Positions 1 through 7,204 of a DNA stretch of 13,202 bases are shown piece by piece (position 1 is the stretch's first letter; each line of letters starts with the position of its first letter). The position numbers were made by a program, and so were the translations under genes. The notes under the pieces are model-generated. The model was not told the DNA's origin and ran no database searches. It saw only the letters and a list, made by a program, of their open reading frames with translations. Source of the DNA: a virus; the IMG/VR virus record IMGVR_UViG_3300045988_115487, positions 1 through 13,202 of that record, one strand, 5' to 3'.

Positions 1-73
1 AATACTCAAGTCCGTGGTGGACGGACAAATTTCTTCCCCACACGGACACATGTGTATGTCTATGACGGACACG
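1..73. repeat. Left inverted terminal repeat (73 bp) of a linear, protein-primed genome
   Basis: Bases 1-73 (AATACTCAAGTCCGTGGTGGACGGACAAATTTCTTCCCCACACGGACACATGTGTATGTCTATGACGGACACG) are the perfect reverse complement of 13130-13202. Identity ends at base 74 (A, versus C in the partner). The repeat lies exactly at the window edge and starts with the reiterated 5'-AA. Confidence 0.97.
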
Positions 74-101
74 AAAAAAGACCCCGGTCAAAACCGAGGT
101 C
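74..101 (-). terminator. Rho-independent terminator ending the long minus-strand transcription unit
   Basis: Minus-strand RNA GACCUCGG-UUUUGA-CCGGGGUC forms an 8-bp stem with one G.U pair (101->94 with 87->80) and a 6-nt loop. UUUUUU follows at 79->74. The element starts 14 nt after the TAA stop at 116-118 and ends 1 nt from the ITR. Confidence 0.85.
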
Positions 102-115
102 AAACATTTGTTCGC

Positions 116-1441
116 TTACTGGAAAAGTGGGTCGAACACAAATTCACCAAAATCCACACATTCAATCTGGTTGATATCATATCTCAAATAGTTTCTTTTT
201 TCAGTATTAATTGCATGCATAATTAAATACACTTTTTTCTCTGAAATTTTGATAACCCCTTGTACAATCTTGAATAAATTCGCTTCCCCTGCTGTGCCAG
301 TTTCTTTTCCCCTAAGAATCACGCTACACGGTAAAGTACAGTCTGTTGCATTGAAATGGATTGCAGGACTGTCAATAGAACCCACTTCCAACGGAGTACC
401 GTCCAGTTTTAAGTTTGGAACATTTATCTCACTGAGTTTAAGCTCTAAACATCTCACTTTAGCAGTGCCATTAAAAATGGAATATCTGATTTTCGCACCG
501 CCTTTACCTGGAATATTGGTGGTCTTTGTAAAAGTTGTACCATACTCAATACTGTTAATCGGCTTAAAATAAAGTCCGTCAAACGCTCCAATCACCATAT
601 TTAGAATATTCTTATGACCCTGTTCGGACGGGTGTACACCGTCATTTGAAAAAGATGATTCATACAGCATACCCTGATACGCTGGTATAACACTAAATCC
701 CAATTGAGCGGCTGAATATATCCAGATTTTAATTGCTTTAATCACACTGATATACTTTGTTGATGTGTGAATCCCCTGTTGATGTCCTTCCCATGTCCAA
801 CCCATAGGACACACAACGACATTTTTACAGTTTTCAAAATTATTTGATATTGCGCTCTGGAAATCAATCATTCCCTGACTGATATCGTTCTCAGCAGCGT
901 TCCTGTCATTATAGCTTCCACCAATAATAATTTTGACAATATTTTTCTTGTCGTTCACCGTCATACTGCTAGCTAACTCGTTTAGCATATTGGTGAAAGT
1001 TTTTGTCCCGTCCGCTTTAAAACCGTAACCGCCAATAGCACACAGTTTTACAGTATATCCATTTTTTTCAAGAGCACTTTTAAGCATATACGCCCATGAA
1101 TATTCCTTATTAGATATATTTTCTCCAGCCGCATAACTGTCACCTAAAATAAGAATCGTAGGTTTATTAACTCTAGCCAGTGCTCCCTGTAATAAGGCAT
1201 CCGAAATTATTTCTGAAAGCTCACCACTCTCTTTCATTTCTTCTAGAATTCTTCTCACTTCACTATTAATTTCCAGTTTTGCAAAATAATCTGTTACAAA
1301 ATTTTTCAACTCTTCAAATCTATCCTGCAAATTAGAGAAATCGTCCTGCATCCTAAGCCATTCATCCGTCAACTTTTTTATTGTTTCTATAATCCATGTC
1401 AAGTTCATTTCATGGAAATTCGTATATGGAAATTTAAACAT
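116..1441 (-). CDS. Tail appendage / receptor-binding protein with a central SGNH/GDSL hydrolase (esterase) domain
   Basis: 441 aa with an ATG start preceded by AAGGAGTG. The N-terminal ~90 aa are helical and coiled-coil-like (FHEMNLTWIIETIKKLTDEW...). SGNH blocks are readable: block I ILGDSYAAG (Ser102), block II AIGGYG, block III GGSYND (Asn178) and block V DGVHPSEQGH (Asp267/His270). A beta-rich C-terminal domain of ~150 aa follows. It is the last gene of the structural block, the position of gp12 appendages in phi29-like phages. Confidence 0.7.
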   Translation of the reverse strand: MFKFPYTNFHEMNLTWIIETIKKLTDEWLRMQDDFSNLQDRFEELKNFVTDYFAKLEINSEVRRILEEMKESGELSEIISDALLQGALARVNKPTILILGDSYAAGENISNKEYSWAYMLKSALEKNGYTVKLCAIGGYGFKADGTKTFTNMLNELASSMTVNDKKNIVKIIIGGSYNDRNAAENDISQGMIDFQSAISNNFENCKNVVVCPMGWTWEGHQQGIHTSTKYISVIKAIKIWIYSAAQLGFSVIPAYQGMLYESSFSNDGVHPSEQGHKNILNMVIGAFDGLYFKPINSIEYGTTFTKTTNIPGKGGAKIRYSIFNGTAKVRCLELKLSEINVPNLKLDGTPLEVGSIDSPAIHFNATDCTLPCSVILRGKETGTAGEANLFKIVQGVIKISEKKVYLIMHAINTEKRNYLRYDINQIECVDFGEFVFDPLFQ

Positions 1442-1454
1442 TTTCTCACACTCC

Positions 1455-2096
1455 TTAATACACTAACAAGAAGAACTCTTCTTTAAACATTTCAGTAATT
1501 TTACTCAACGCACTCATAGATTTTTCAAGCTTGAAATCCAACACCTCAAGTTCCGACATTCCCGTAGACTTTGTTTCTTTTTCCGTTTCTGTCGTTTCAT
1601 TTTTAGAATTCTTTGCGTTGTTGTTTGTCTCATTGTAGCTTGCTTTTCCTCCATAAGTAATGGTTGTGCTTCCCCTATCCACAAGTGACGTTGAGTTAAA
1701 CCCTGCTACTTTTTCAGCTGTTGAATCCGACCCGCTCGTTCCACTATTACTTTCCTGTTTTAAATTTTCTTTATCTTCTGTTTCAGACTTTCCTTTTCTG
1801 TCTCTTGTAATCGTCTCTGTTTTTGCGCCCTCTGTTTTGGAAATGGCGAGTTCTATATCATAGATAATCGAGAACAGTCTTTCATTTACAGATGACCATG
1901 AATTTAGAGCTAGTGCCATTTCAGTAGGTGACGGTATCAAAACTTCTAATTCAGCACATTTTAACAGAACATAGTTTTGAATATTTTCCTTTCCAATATC
2001 ATTTACCATATTGACAGGTAGATGATTTATGAAATTATCTTTCAACAGATTCTCATTCCATGCTAGCAGACCCTGCAAGTAAAGTTCCCCCGGCAT
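1455..2096 (-). CDS. Putative lower collar / tail tube protein (assigned by position)
   Basis: The track ORF is 1455-2114. The ATG at 2096 (MPGELYLQ...) is preceded by GAGGGGGGTGA, whereas the ATG at 2114 has no RBS. The gene lies directly downstream of the connector gene, as gp11 does in phi29. It has a Ser/Thr/Glu/Lys-rich central low-complexity region. I recognised no motif, so the function is inferred from synteny only. Confidence 0.4.
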   Translation of the reverse strand: MPGELYLQGLLAWNENLLKDNFINHLPVNMVNDIGKENIQNYVLLKCAELEVLIPSPTEMALALNSWSSVNERLFSIIYDIELAISKTEGAKTETITRDRKGKSETEDKENLKQESNSGTSGSDSTAEKVAGFNSTSLVDRGSTTITYGGKASYNETNNNAKNSKNETTETEKETKSTGMSELEVLDFKLEKSMSALSKITEMFKEEFFLLVY

Positions 2097-2973
2097 TATT
2101 TTCACCCCCCTCATTATGACGCAATTTAACGTTTAGATTGAGATTAAACATTCTGTTTGTCTTTTCGACCCCTTCTTTCAATGTTTCAAGCCATAGTTCC
2201 ACTTTTGTGAAGCACTCAATATTGTTACTGTTTACCTCATCCACTATCATGCGTTCTTTCTTGTCACTTCTCGTGTTTGGTATGCCAACCTCATTGCAAA
2301 ACATTTCTTCCCATCGTCTTAACGTGTCCTGTAATTCAGGGGCGATAAAATTCTTTTTCAAGTCATTGTTAAAAAAATCTAACGGGATATTGCCATCTCC
2401 TATTTTCAGTTTTTCATCATAGAAAACTCCAAGTTCACCCCTCATTACATCGTCTAGAATTTTCTTCATTGATTCAGCCTGACTTTTTCCTCTCACAGCG
2501 AAAAGGAATGACAGCTTACTGTTCATGATATTCATTTCACATGATTCGGCGGTCATAGCCATATTATCTGCATAGTAATTTACGATATCGGAAATACCAC
2601 TATAATCCGGCTGTAATTTGATAAGAGAACACTGAGTGTTGATTTTAGGCTCTAAAATGCCAGTCAACAGAGGATTGACAATTATAGCGTGTGTGGGATT
2701 ATAATAGATGTTATATCCTCTCAATCCGCAATGCTGGCATATAACACCAAACTTATCTGTATTCACAACCGCCAGATATCCATTTAGAAACAGTGAATAC
2801 AGAAAGTAATTTTTATCCCACATTTCAGGCAACTCAAACTCAAATACAGACATAACTTTTTCAAGCAAATACTTTTTGAAAAACATAAACATTTGTGTGT
2901 TTTTCGTGTGAAGAGTTGACGGACTGTAAGACGAATTAAACAAGTTTACCATTTCGTAACTGTATGGCATCAT
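2053..2973 (-). CDS. Head-tail connector (portal / upper collar), phi29 gp10-like
   Basis: 306 aa, close to the ~309 aa of phi29 gp10. The C-terminal segment WEEMFCNEVGIPNTRSDKKERMIVDEVNSNN...NLNLNVKLRH parallels phi29 gp10 [30 protein letters not shown]...GLNVKVKFRY as I recall it. The ATG start is preceded by AAAGGGGTG. Confidence 0.85.
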   Translation of the reverse strand: MMPYSYEMVNLFNSSYSPSTLHTKNTQMFMFFKKYLLEKVMSVFEFELPEMWDKNYFLYSLFLNGYLAVVNTDKFGVICQHCGLRGYNIYYNPTHAIIVNPLLTGILEPKINTQCSLIKLQPDYSGISDIVNYYADNMAMTAESCEMNIMNSKLSFLFAVRGKSQAESMKKILDDVMRGELGVFYDEKLKIGDGNIPLDFFNNDLKKNFIAPELQDTLRRWEEMFCNEVGIPNTRSDKKERMIVDEVNSNNIECFTKVELWLETLKEGVEKTNRMFNLNLNVKLRHNEGGENNAGGTLLAGSASME

Positions 2974-2974
2974 A

Positions 2975-3622
2975 TCACCCCTTTATAAATACAGAACTCC
3001 AATATTGAGCATACTCATAACGTTCTGGCTGATTCAGGCTTGCCGGTCTCAGATAGTTATACATGAATGCATTGGTCAGAGTTTTCAAGTCATGGTTTCC
3101 AGTTGCCCATTCACGCCAAGTCATATTGTAACTAGATGTAGCATACCATTCCGGTTCAATACCTCTATTGGCATCTCCCACACTCTCTTGATATTCGGCG
3201 AACAACACAGCGCACTGTTTTCCACCATCGTACCAGTCGTCATGCTTGCCGTATAATAAATCAAGCACTGAGAGTAGTTTTGTTCCGGGTGTCCACTGTA
3301 CAAGTCCTCTACCGGGTCCATCTGCAGTGGTTCCACCGCCAACCTCCAATAGTCCGGGATTCATGGTACTTTCTTTCTCCATGTTTCCAAGTAACGCCAT
3401 ACGCGCAGTAGCACTCCAACCTCTCTCTTTGAAATAATTGTTAATGTTTGCGGCATTTTGCATCATCTTATCACGGGGAAAATATCCCTGTACTGTGTCA
3501 GTAACAAGAACGTTCCAATTTCCAGATGGCAGGGGAATTTCACCGCCACCACCACCGGAACCGCCTTTTTTAAGTCCTATCAATAATGCCGAATTATTAT
3601 AAGGATATCTCAACGAACTCAT
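2975..3622 (-). CDS. Tail-associated peptidoglycan hydrolase (phage tail lysozyme fold, like the N-terminal domain of phi29 gp13)
   Basis: 215 aa with an ATGA overlap onto the upstream gene. The motifs LLGNMEKESTMNPG and GRGLVQWTPG match the GNxxxES...GxGLxQWT signature of the phage tail lysozyme family. A GGSGGGGG linker follows a short N-terminal segment. Confidence 0.75.
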   Translation of the reverse strand: MSSLRYPYNNSALLIGLKKGGSGGGGGEIPLPSGNWNVLVTDTVQGYFPRDKMMQNAANINNYFKERGWSATARMALLGNMEKESTMNPGLLEVGGGTTADGPGRGLVQWTPGTKLLSVLDLLYGKHDDWYDGGKQCAVLFAEYQESVGDANRGIEPEWYATSSYNMTWREWATGNHDLKTLTNAFMYNYLRPASLNQPERYEYAQYWSSVFIKG

Positions 3623-5010
3623 GCGTAATAAAATCCTCCTTCCAAGTAATTTTTAATTGTGGTTATTTCTTCTGAATAGGCACCAATGATATTAACATTG
3701 CCATTTTCCACGATATAGAAACCGTTCCCCATTGATGAGGGCACACCATTCTTCATGTAAGGTCTACCGTTATCGGCGTTATCCTCATCTGTAATCTCAT
3801 AACAATCGGTTATAAGCTGAGTATTTACGAGCATTGATGCAACTGTGTCCGCCGATGAAAGTGCAGTAGCTTCTGCTTTAGTGAGTTGTAAACCTAAATT
3901 CAACAGTGATGAAGCAGATCCAATCCAGTTACCCGAAACAATACCGCCAACTGCCCCGACTGCTGACCCGATAGCACCCGGCAAGTCATTTTTAATATCA
4001 CCAATGGAAATAGAAAAACCAACTTTTCCGGGAACATTTGCTAACATGTATTTTTCAGTACCTTTTACGATGTATACATATGCGACCGCACCACCTGTTC
4101 TGCAATCTATATCACATTGTATTGTCAGCGTGTTCTCAATGATTTTCGAATAATTCAGTTCAATACTTCCAAATCCTTGTATGAACAACTTTCCCCGTCT
4201 ATACGGATAGCTGTTTAGGTATGAACCTCTCGTTCCTGCTTGCGGATGACTAGGAACATTTACAGTTGTTGATACACGATCAATAGCGTTTGATGATAGT
4301 CTAACTGCTATGGCGTCCACTTCCCACCACCCCAAACCGATTTTCGATTCTATGACTACTTCATCTTCCACAATATCGTAGGGAAACCATAATACAGATG
4401 TTATATATTGTGCAGGGTTGAAAACCATTTTTGCAATATCTTCACCTAAATCCGCTAAATCACCAGTGCCCATCCAAGTCATAGATGAAAATACACTTTC
4501 AGAAAATTTTACAAAACCTGCGTAATTAAATTTATAGTATTCACACATACCATTTTTACCTATAACCCCTACCACAAAAGTTCCTGATTTAATACTGTTA
4601 GCTTGTGGAAAAAGAGGTTGATTTGCCATAGTTGCGTTCCGTGTAGGGGCGCTGAATGACGGATATAAAGCGTCTGATATTCTACCATCAAAATTGGTAC
4701 TAGTTCTTATGATGTAATAACTCTTCTCGCCTATTTCATCTTTAAAACTTGCCATCACATCTACTTCCATATGGCACACCCACAACCCCGTACTGTATTC
4801 CCAATCATCCACGAAATAATATCGTTCAAATTCCGGAATATAGCAGTAATTGATTTTTTTCGGACTCCAGTCTTTCGCAAACTGAAATGTGATTGTAGGC
4901 TTTAAAATGGAGGAAGGGGCTCTTAAAGCCCCCTCATAATTTTTACCACCACTCGTGGGAATCCATGTAGAATTTTTCGCTTTACCGACATTAAAACATG
5001 TCACTATCAT
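3619..5010 (-). CDS. Tail knob / distal tube protein, phi29 gp9-like
   Basis: 463 aa with TAGGAGG 7 nt upstream of the ATG. The N-terminal region YCYIPEFERYYFVDDWEYSTGLWVCHMEVDVMASFKDEIGEKSYYIIRT parallels phi29 gp9 [55 protein letters not shown] as recalled. The gene lies between the capsid and connector genes. Confidence 0.7.
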   Translation of the reverse strand: MIVTCFNVGKAKNSTWIPTSGGKNYEGALRAPSSILKPTITFQFAKDWSPKKINYCYIPEFERYYFVDDWEYSTGLWVCHMEVDVMASFKDEIGEKSYYIIRTSTNFDGRISDALYPSFSAPTRNATMANQPLFPQANSIKSGTFVVGVIGKNGMCEYYKFNYAGFVKFSESVFSSMTWMGTGDLADLGEDIAKMVFNPAQYITSVLWFPYDIVEDEVVIESKIGLGWWEVDAIAVRLSSNAIDRVSTTVNVPSHPQAGTRGSYLNSYPYRRGKLFIQGFGSIELNYSKIIENTLTIQCDIDCRTGGAVAYVYIVKGTEKYMLANVPGKVGFSISIGDIKNDLPGAIGSAVGAVGGIVSGNWIGSASSLLNLGLQLTKAEATALSSADTVASMLVNTQLITDCYEITDEDNADNGRPYMKNGVPSSMGNGFYIVENGNVNIIGAYSEEITTIKNYLEGGFYYA

Positions 5011-5025
5011 ACATGTGCCTCCTAA

Positions 5026-6222
5026 CTAATCGAGTAAGAAAACTACACCGTTTTCCGTGAAGTCATTGTAATATCTGTCATTGAAATGCCAGAAAATGTT
5101 ACTGTATCCGCCTCTTGCATTAAACGGTGATGGCGCTGACCATTCACCATAAGTTGTGATACCGACAGCTTCCTCATCGAATAATACTCCAAAAATATTG
5201 GAAGTAACTTCCCCCTCAGTATCAGAAACGACATTTCCGTCGGAGTTCATGTACGATGCTTTTACGTTGATTCCATCTGAACTGTCAATATTCTGCCAAA
5301 ATCCCACTTTTTCATGGTCTGCCATTTTAAGATAGCTGTCGTTAAAGATAGAGGACATAACAGTAGTGTCAATATTGTTCAGTTCTTCTGAATACAGATA
5401 CAATTTCTGCTTGTTGTATGGCGTATGCCTAGAAATCTCTTTTCCCGTCACATTAATGTGGAATTTTTGTGTCCTCTCAGTCATCCAATCGGATACTGTC
5501 TTAATATACCCTGTTGCCCATTTCATAAACGGCACAAAATTCTCTGGTTGTTTTACCGTTTCAGTAGTCAGCGTGGTTCCTGCCACATCATTGTATTTTG
5601 CCACAAGATGGATAACGTTGTCGGGGTCACCTTTTACTTTACCACCGATGAAGTTCACAAGCGTCATTCTTGCTGTTGCTTCATGCGCCTGTTCGATCAG
5701 ATCAGATGCATTTGTCATAACCATAGTGACGAACCTTTGAAATTCCTGTTCATTCTGCAGAGCAACGTTTAACTGGTCTCTAAACAGTGTAATATGTCTC
5801 TGATATACGTTTTGTCCGTAAAAATTTGTTTGAAGCACTTTCGGAATGGCAACCACCTGGTCGTCCACACTCGCACCGTTTTTCAAATCATATCTGTCAT
5901 CTTTTTCCCAATCAGAATCTGCGATGTTAAGTTTTCGCACGTGGTTTCCGAATCTCATATTATCCTGATACAAACCCTTGAACTTTCTGGAATACGGTCT
6001 GATAGAAAAAATGGTTCTGCTGAGCACCTGAGAAATCGCACCTAATAGTGGGTCAATTCCTAATCCGAGTGCAGTGGTGGCAACCGAAGTGAAATCACTG
6101 GTCGCAATTGCACTAATTGTGTTTCTACCTGTTGCCTGATTTACAATTTCATTTAAAACAGCTGCTGAATTAAAATTGTCTACATTAGGAGAATCTAACG
6201 ATAATTTAGTAACTGAACCCAT
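5026..6222 (-). CDS. Major capsid protein, phi29 gp8-like core without the C-terminal Ig-like domain
   Basis: 398 aa with AAAGGAGTG upstream of the ATG, directly downstream of the scaffold-like gene. Segments such as SRKFKGLY and FQRFVTMVMTNASDLIEQAHEATARMTLV resemble the gp8 segments LKKFKKG and [28 protein letters not shown] as recalled. It is the largest non-tail structural ORF. Confidence 0.75.
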   Translation of the reverse strand: MGSVTKLSLDSPNVDNFNSAAVLNEIVNQATGRNTISAIATSDFTSVATTALGLGIDPLLGAISQVLSRTIFSIRPYSRKFKGLYQDNMRFGNHVRKLNIADSDWEKDDRYDLKNGASVDDQVVAIPKVLQTNFYGQNVYQRHITLFRDQLNVALQNEQEFQRFVTMVMTNASDLIEQAHEATARMTLVNFIGGKVKGDPDNVIHLVAKYNDVAGTTLTTETVKQPENFVPFMKWATGYIKTVSDWMTERTQKFHINVTGKEISRHTPYNKQKLYLYSEELNNIDTTVMSSIFNDSYLKMADHEKVGFWQNIDSSDGINVKASYMNSDGNVVSDTEGEVTSNIFGVLFDEEAVGITTYGEWSAPSPFNARGGYSNIFWHFNDRYYNDFTENGVVFLLD

Positions 6223-6226
6223 GATA

Positions 6227-6589
6227 TCACTCCTTTACTGGCGGGTTAATAATTGATGCTAACATATCTCCTGTTGTTGGTGGTTCTGGAATCTGAGAAT
6301 TACTCAGGTTTCCAACCTGAATCAGTCTTGTAATCTCATCTAACCGGTTGTCCAGAACGCCCATACGCTGATTAAACATATCCTGAGTATTATTCTGAAT
6401 CGGAACCTGTACCGGAACTGGTGCCGGTGCTGGTGCCTGTGCCGGTGTTGGTGTCTGAATCTGAGCCGGTGCAGGTGCTGGCATCGTAGTGACCTGATAA
6501 TTCTGTGATGCCACTACTCCTGCAAGTTTGATAATATCATCTTTTGTGAATCCTGCACCAGACAGTGCAATGATATCTTCGATTTTCAT
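6227..6589 (-). CDS. Putative scaffolding protein (gp7 position) with a Pro/Ala-rich linker
   Basis: 120 aa with an ATG start, immediately upstream of the capsid gene. It has a helical N-terminus (IEDIIALSGAGFTKDDIIKLAG), a PAPAPAQIQTPTPAQAPAPAPVPVQVP linker and a helical C-terminus. The call rests on position and composition only. Confidence 0.5.
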   Translation of the reverse strand: MKIEDIIALSGAGFTKDDIIKLAGVVASQNYQVTTMPAPAPAQIQTPTPAQAPAPAPVPVQVPIQNNTQDMFNQRMGVLDNRLDEITRLIQVGNLSNSQIPEPPTTGDMLASIINPPVKE

Positions 6590-6595
6590 GTGTTA

Positions 6596-6898
6596 TCATT
6601 CCTTTCTTGTTAAATATTTTTTATTACAAAAACCTGCATAAATCTTTCCGCTGTCTGAGTATTCGCAAAGATACCATTCCATAGTAGCATCTGTGAACCC
6701 GTAACAAAAAACAGTACGTCCTTTTTGCATCTCTACAATGATATTTGCGTTTGTATCTGGCTTATCACGCAACAACAGAGGGGAACTCTTTGTGCTTATC
6801 TTGTATTCACCATATACGTCACAGTCTGGTATAATGTCAATCATTCCGTACTGTTCTTCAATATCAGGGTCTAGTAGAATTTTTGCGCCTAATGGCAT
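6596..6898 (-). CDS. Stand-alone bacterial SH3 (SH3b)-like domain protein, a possible cell-wall-binding module
   Basis: The track ORF starts at a GTG at 6907. The ATG at 6898 has AAGGAG 8 nt upstream. The C-terminal ~60 aa (LLLRDKPDTNANIIVEMQKGRTVFCYGF...WYLCEYSDSGKIYAGFCNKKYL) fit the SH3b pattern L.(V/L)R..P......I..(L/M).KG..V......W.......G..G(W/F)...KYL. No catalytic motif is visible. Confidence 0.5.
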   Translation of the reverse strand: MPLGAKILLDPDIEEQYGMIDIIPDCDVYGEYKISTKSSPLLLRDKPDTNANIIVEMQKGRTVFCYGFTDATMEWYLCEYSDSGKIYAGFCNKKYLTRKE

Positions 6899-6903
6899 CT
6901 GTA

Positions 6904-7098
6904 TCACTCCTTCACGTCCAGTTTATCGGCAAGTTTCTGAATTGCCATTGTATTGTTGTTCAGAACCTCTGTGAGGTTGTGTATCTCTTCTTTGTGGTTT
7001 TCAGTCTCTCTGTACCATAAATAAAAGGTTACTGCAAGGCAAGCTACAGGTACACCCAAAGAGCTAAATAACTGACTTACTGCCTGAATCCATTCCAT
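6904..7098 (-). CDS. Holin, BhlA/UviB-like (one N-terminal TM helix plus a charged coiled C-terminus)
   Basis: The track ORF begins at a TTG at 7146. The ATG at 7098 (MEWIQAVSQLFSSLGVPVACLAVTFYLWYRETENHKEEIHNLTEVLNNNTMAIQKLADKLDVKE, 64 aa) has GGGGGGAG 7 nt upstream. Its size and layout, one TM followed by a helical charged tail, match the BhlA/UviB holin family of Firmicutes. Confidence 0.65.
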   Translation of the reverse strand: MEWIQAVSQLFSSLGVPVACLAVTFYLWYRETENHKEEIHNLTEVLNNNTMAIQKLADKLDVKE

Positions 7099-7198
7099 AT
7101 TGTCACTCCCCCCTCTTTTGAATTGAGGGGAAGTGCTGTGAGCCAACCAAACTCATGTACACGGGTTCCGCCCGTTGGTTTTGTACCACTCCCCCTAC
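7099..7198 (-). promoter_or_regulatory. Structured intergenic RNA: anti-anti-SD / anti-SD / SD arrangement upstream of the holin
   Basis: In minus-strand RNA, CACUUCCCCU (7135->7126) can pair with either of two partners. One is upstream AGGGGGAGUG (7196->7187), giving 10 bp with one G.U and enclosing the hairpin ACGGG-CGGAA-CCCGU (7175->7161) and an AACCA/UGGUU helix. The other is the downstream holin SD copy AGGGGGGAGUG (7114->7104), giving 10 bp with one bulged G and an 11-nt loop. No U-tract follows either helix. Confidence 0.5.
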
Positions 7199-7204
7199 AA
7201 CGAT

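Noticed and set aside
14-226. Plus-strand ORF (70 aa) starting inside the left ITR
   Set aside because: It starts at a GTG with no RBS. It runs through the ITR and the minus-strand terminator, and lies antisense to the 3' end of a well-supported gene. It looks like a chance reading frame.
2053-2096. Possible programmed frameshift fusing the connector and lower-collar ORFs across their 44-nt overlap
   Set aside because: The overlap contains no canonical X_XXY_YYZ slippery heptamer (only a G5 run in CCGGGGGAAC). The downstream ORF has its own strong RBS and ATG, so independent initiation is the simpler reading.
3121-3342. Minus-strand ORFs nested in alternative frames (3121-3342 inside the lysozyme gene and 5043-5234 inside the capsid gene)
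   Set aside because: Both lie fully inside longer ORFs that carry family motifs. Neither has an RBS or a recognisable product.
6401-6481. GC-rich tandem-like repeat (GGTGCCGGTGCTGGTGCC...)
   Set aside because: This is the coding sequence of the Pro/Ala-rich linker (PAPAPAQ...APAPAPVPVQVP) of the scaffold-like protein. It is low-complexity coding DNA, not a CRISPR array or a regulatory repeat.
6820-6850. Possible internal promoter TTGACA-17-GTATAT inside the SH3b gene (-35 at about 6839->6834)
   Set aside because: The -10 is poor and the site lies within coding sequence with nothing else to support it. Several other isolated TTGACA hexamers (about 370, 5283 and 5367) also lack acceptable -10 elements.
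7099-7146. 5' extensions of track ORFs that use non-ATG starts: 7146 TTG (holin), 12774 TTG, 11934 GTG, 6907 GTG, and the ATG at 2114
   Set aside because: In each case an in-frame downstream ATG has a well-spaced GGAG-type RBS and the extended start has none. The holin extension would also translate the structured leader. The shorter coordinates are reported instead.
7126-7196. A tRNA-like ~70-nt element: a 7-bp GGGGGAG/CUUCCCC helix resembling an acceptor stem
   Set aside because: The internal pairing does not give a cloverleaf. There is no D-arm partner, no T-loop consensus (the only hairpin loop is CGGAA on a 5-bp stem in the wrong position), and no sensible anticodon arm or CCA context. 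It is better explained as an mRNA leader structure.
7126-7196. Intrinsic terminator between the ATPase and the holin
   Set aside because: The long helix is followed by CAAUUCAAAAG rather than a U-tract. Termination here would also cut off all the structural genes unless the weak 7233-7205 promoter is strong in vivo.
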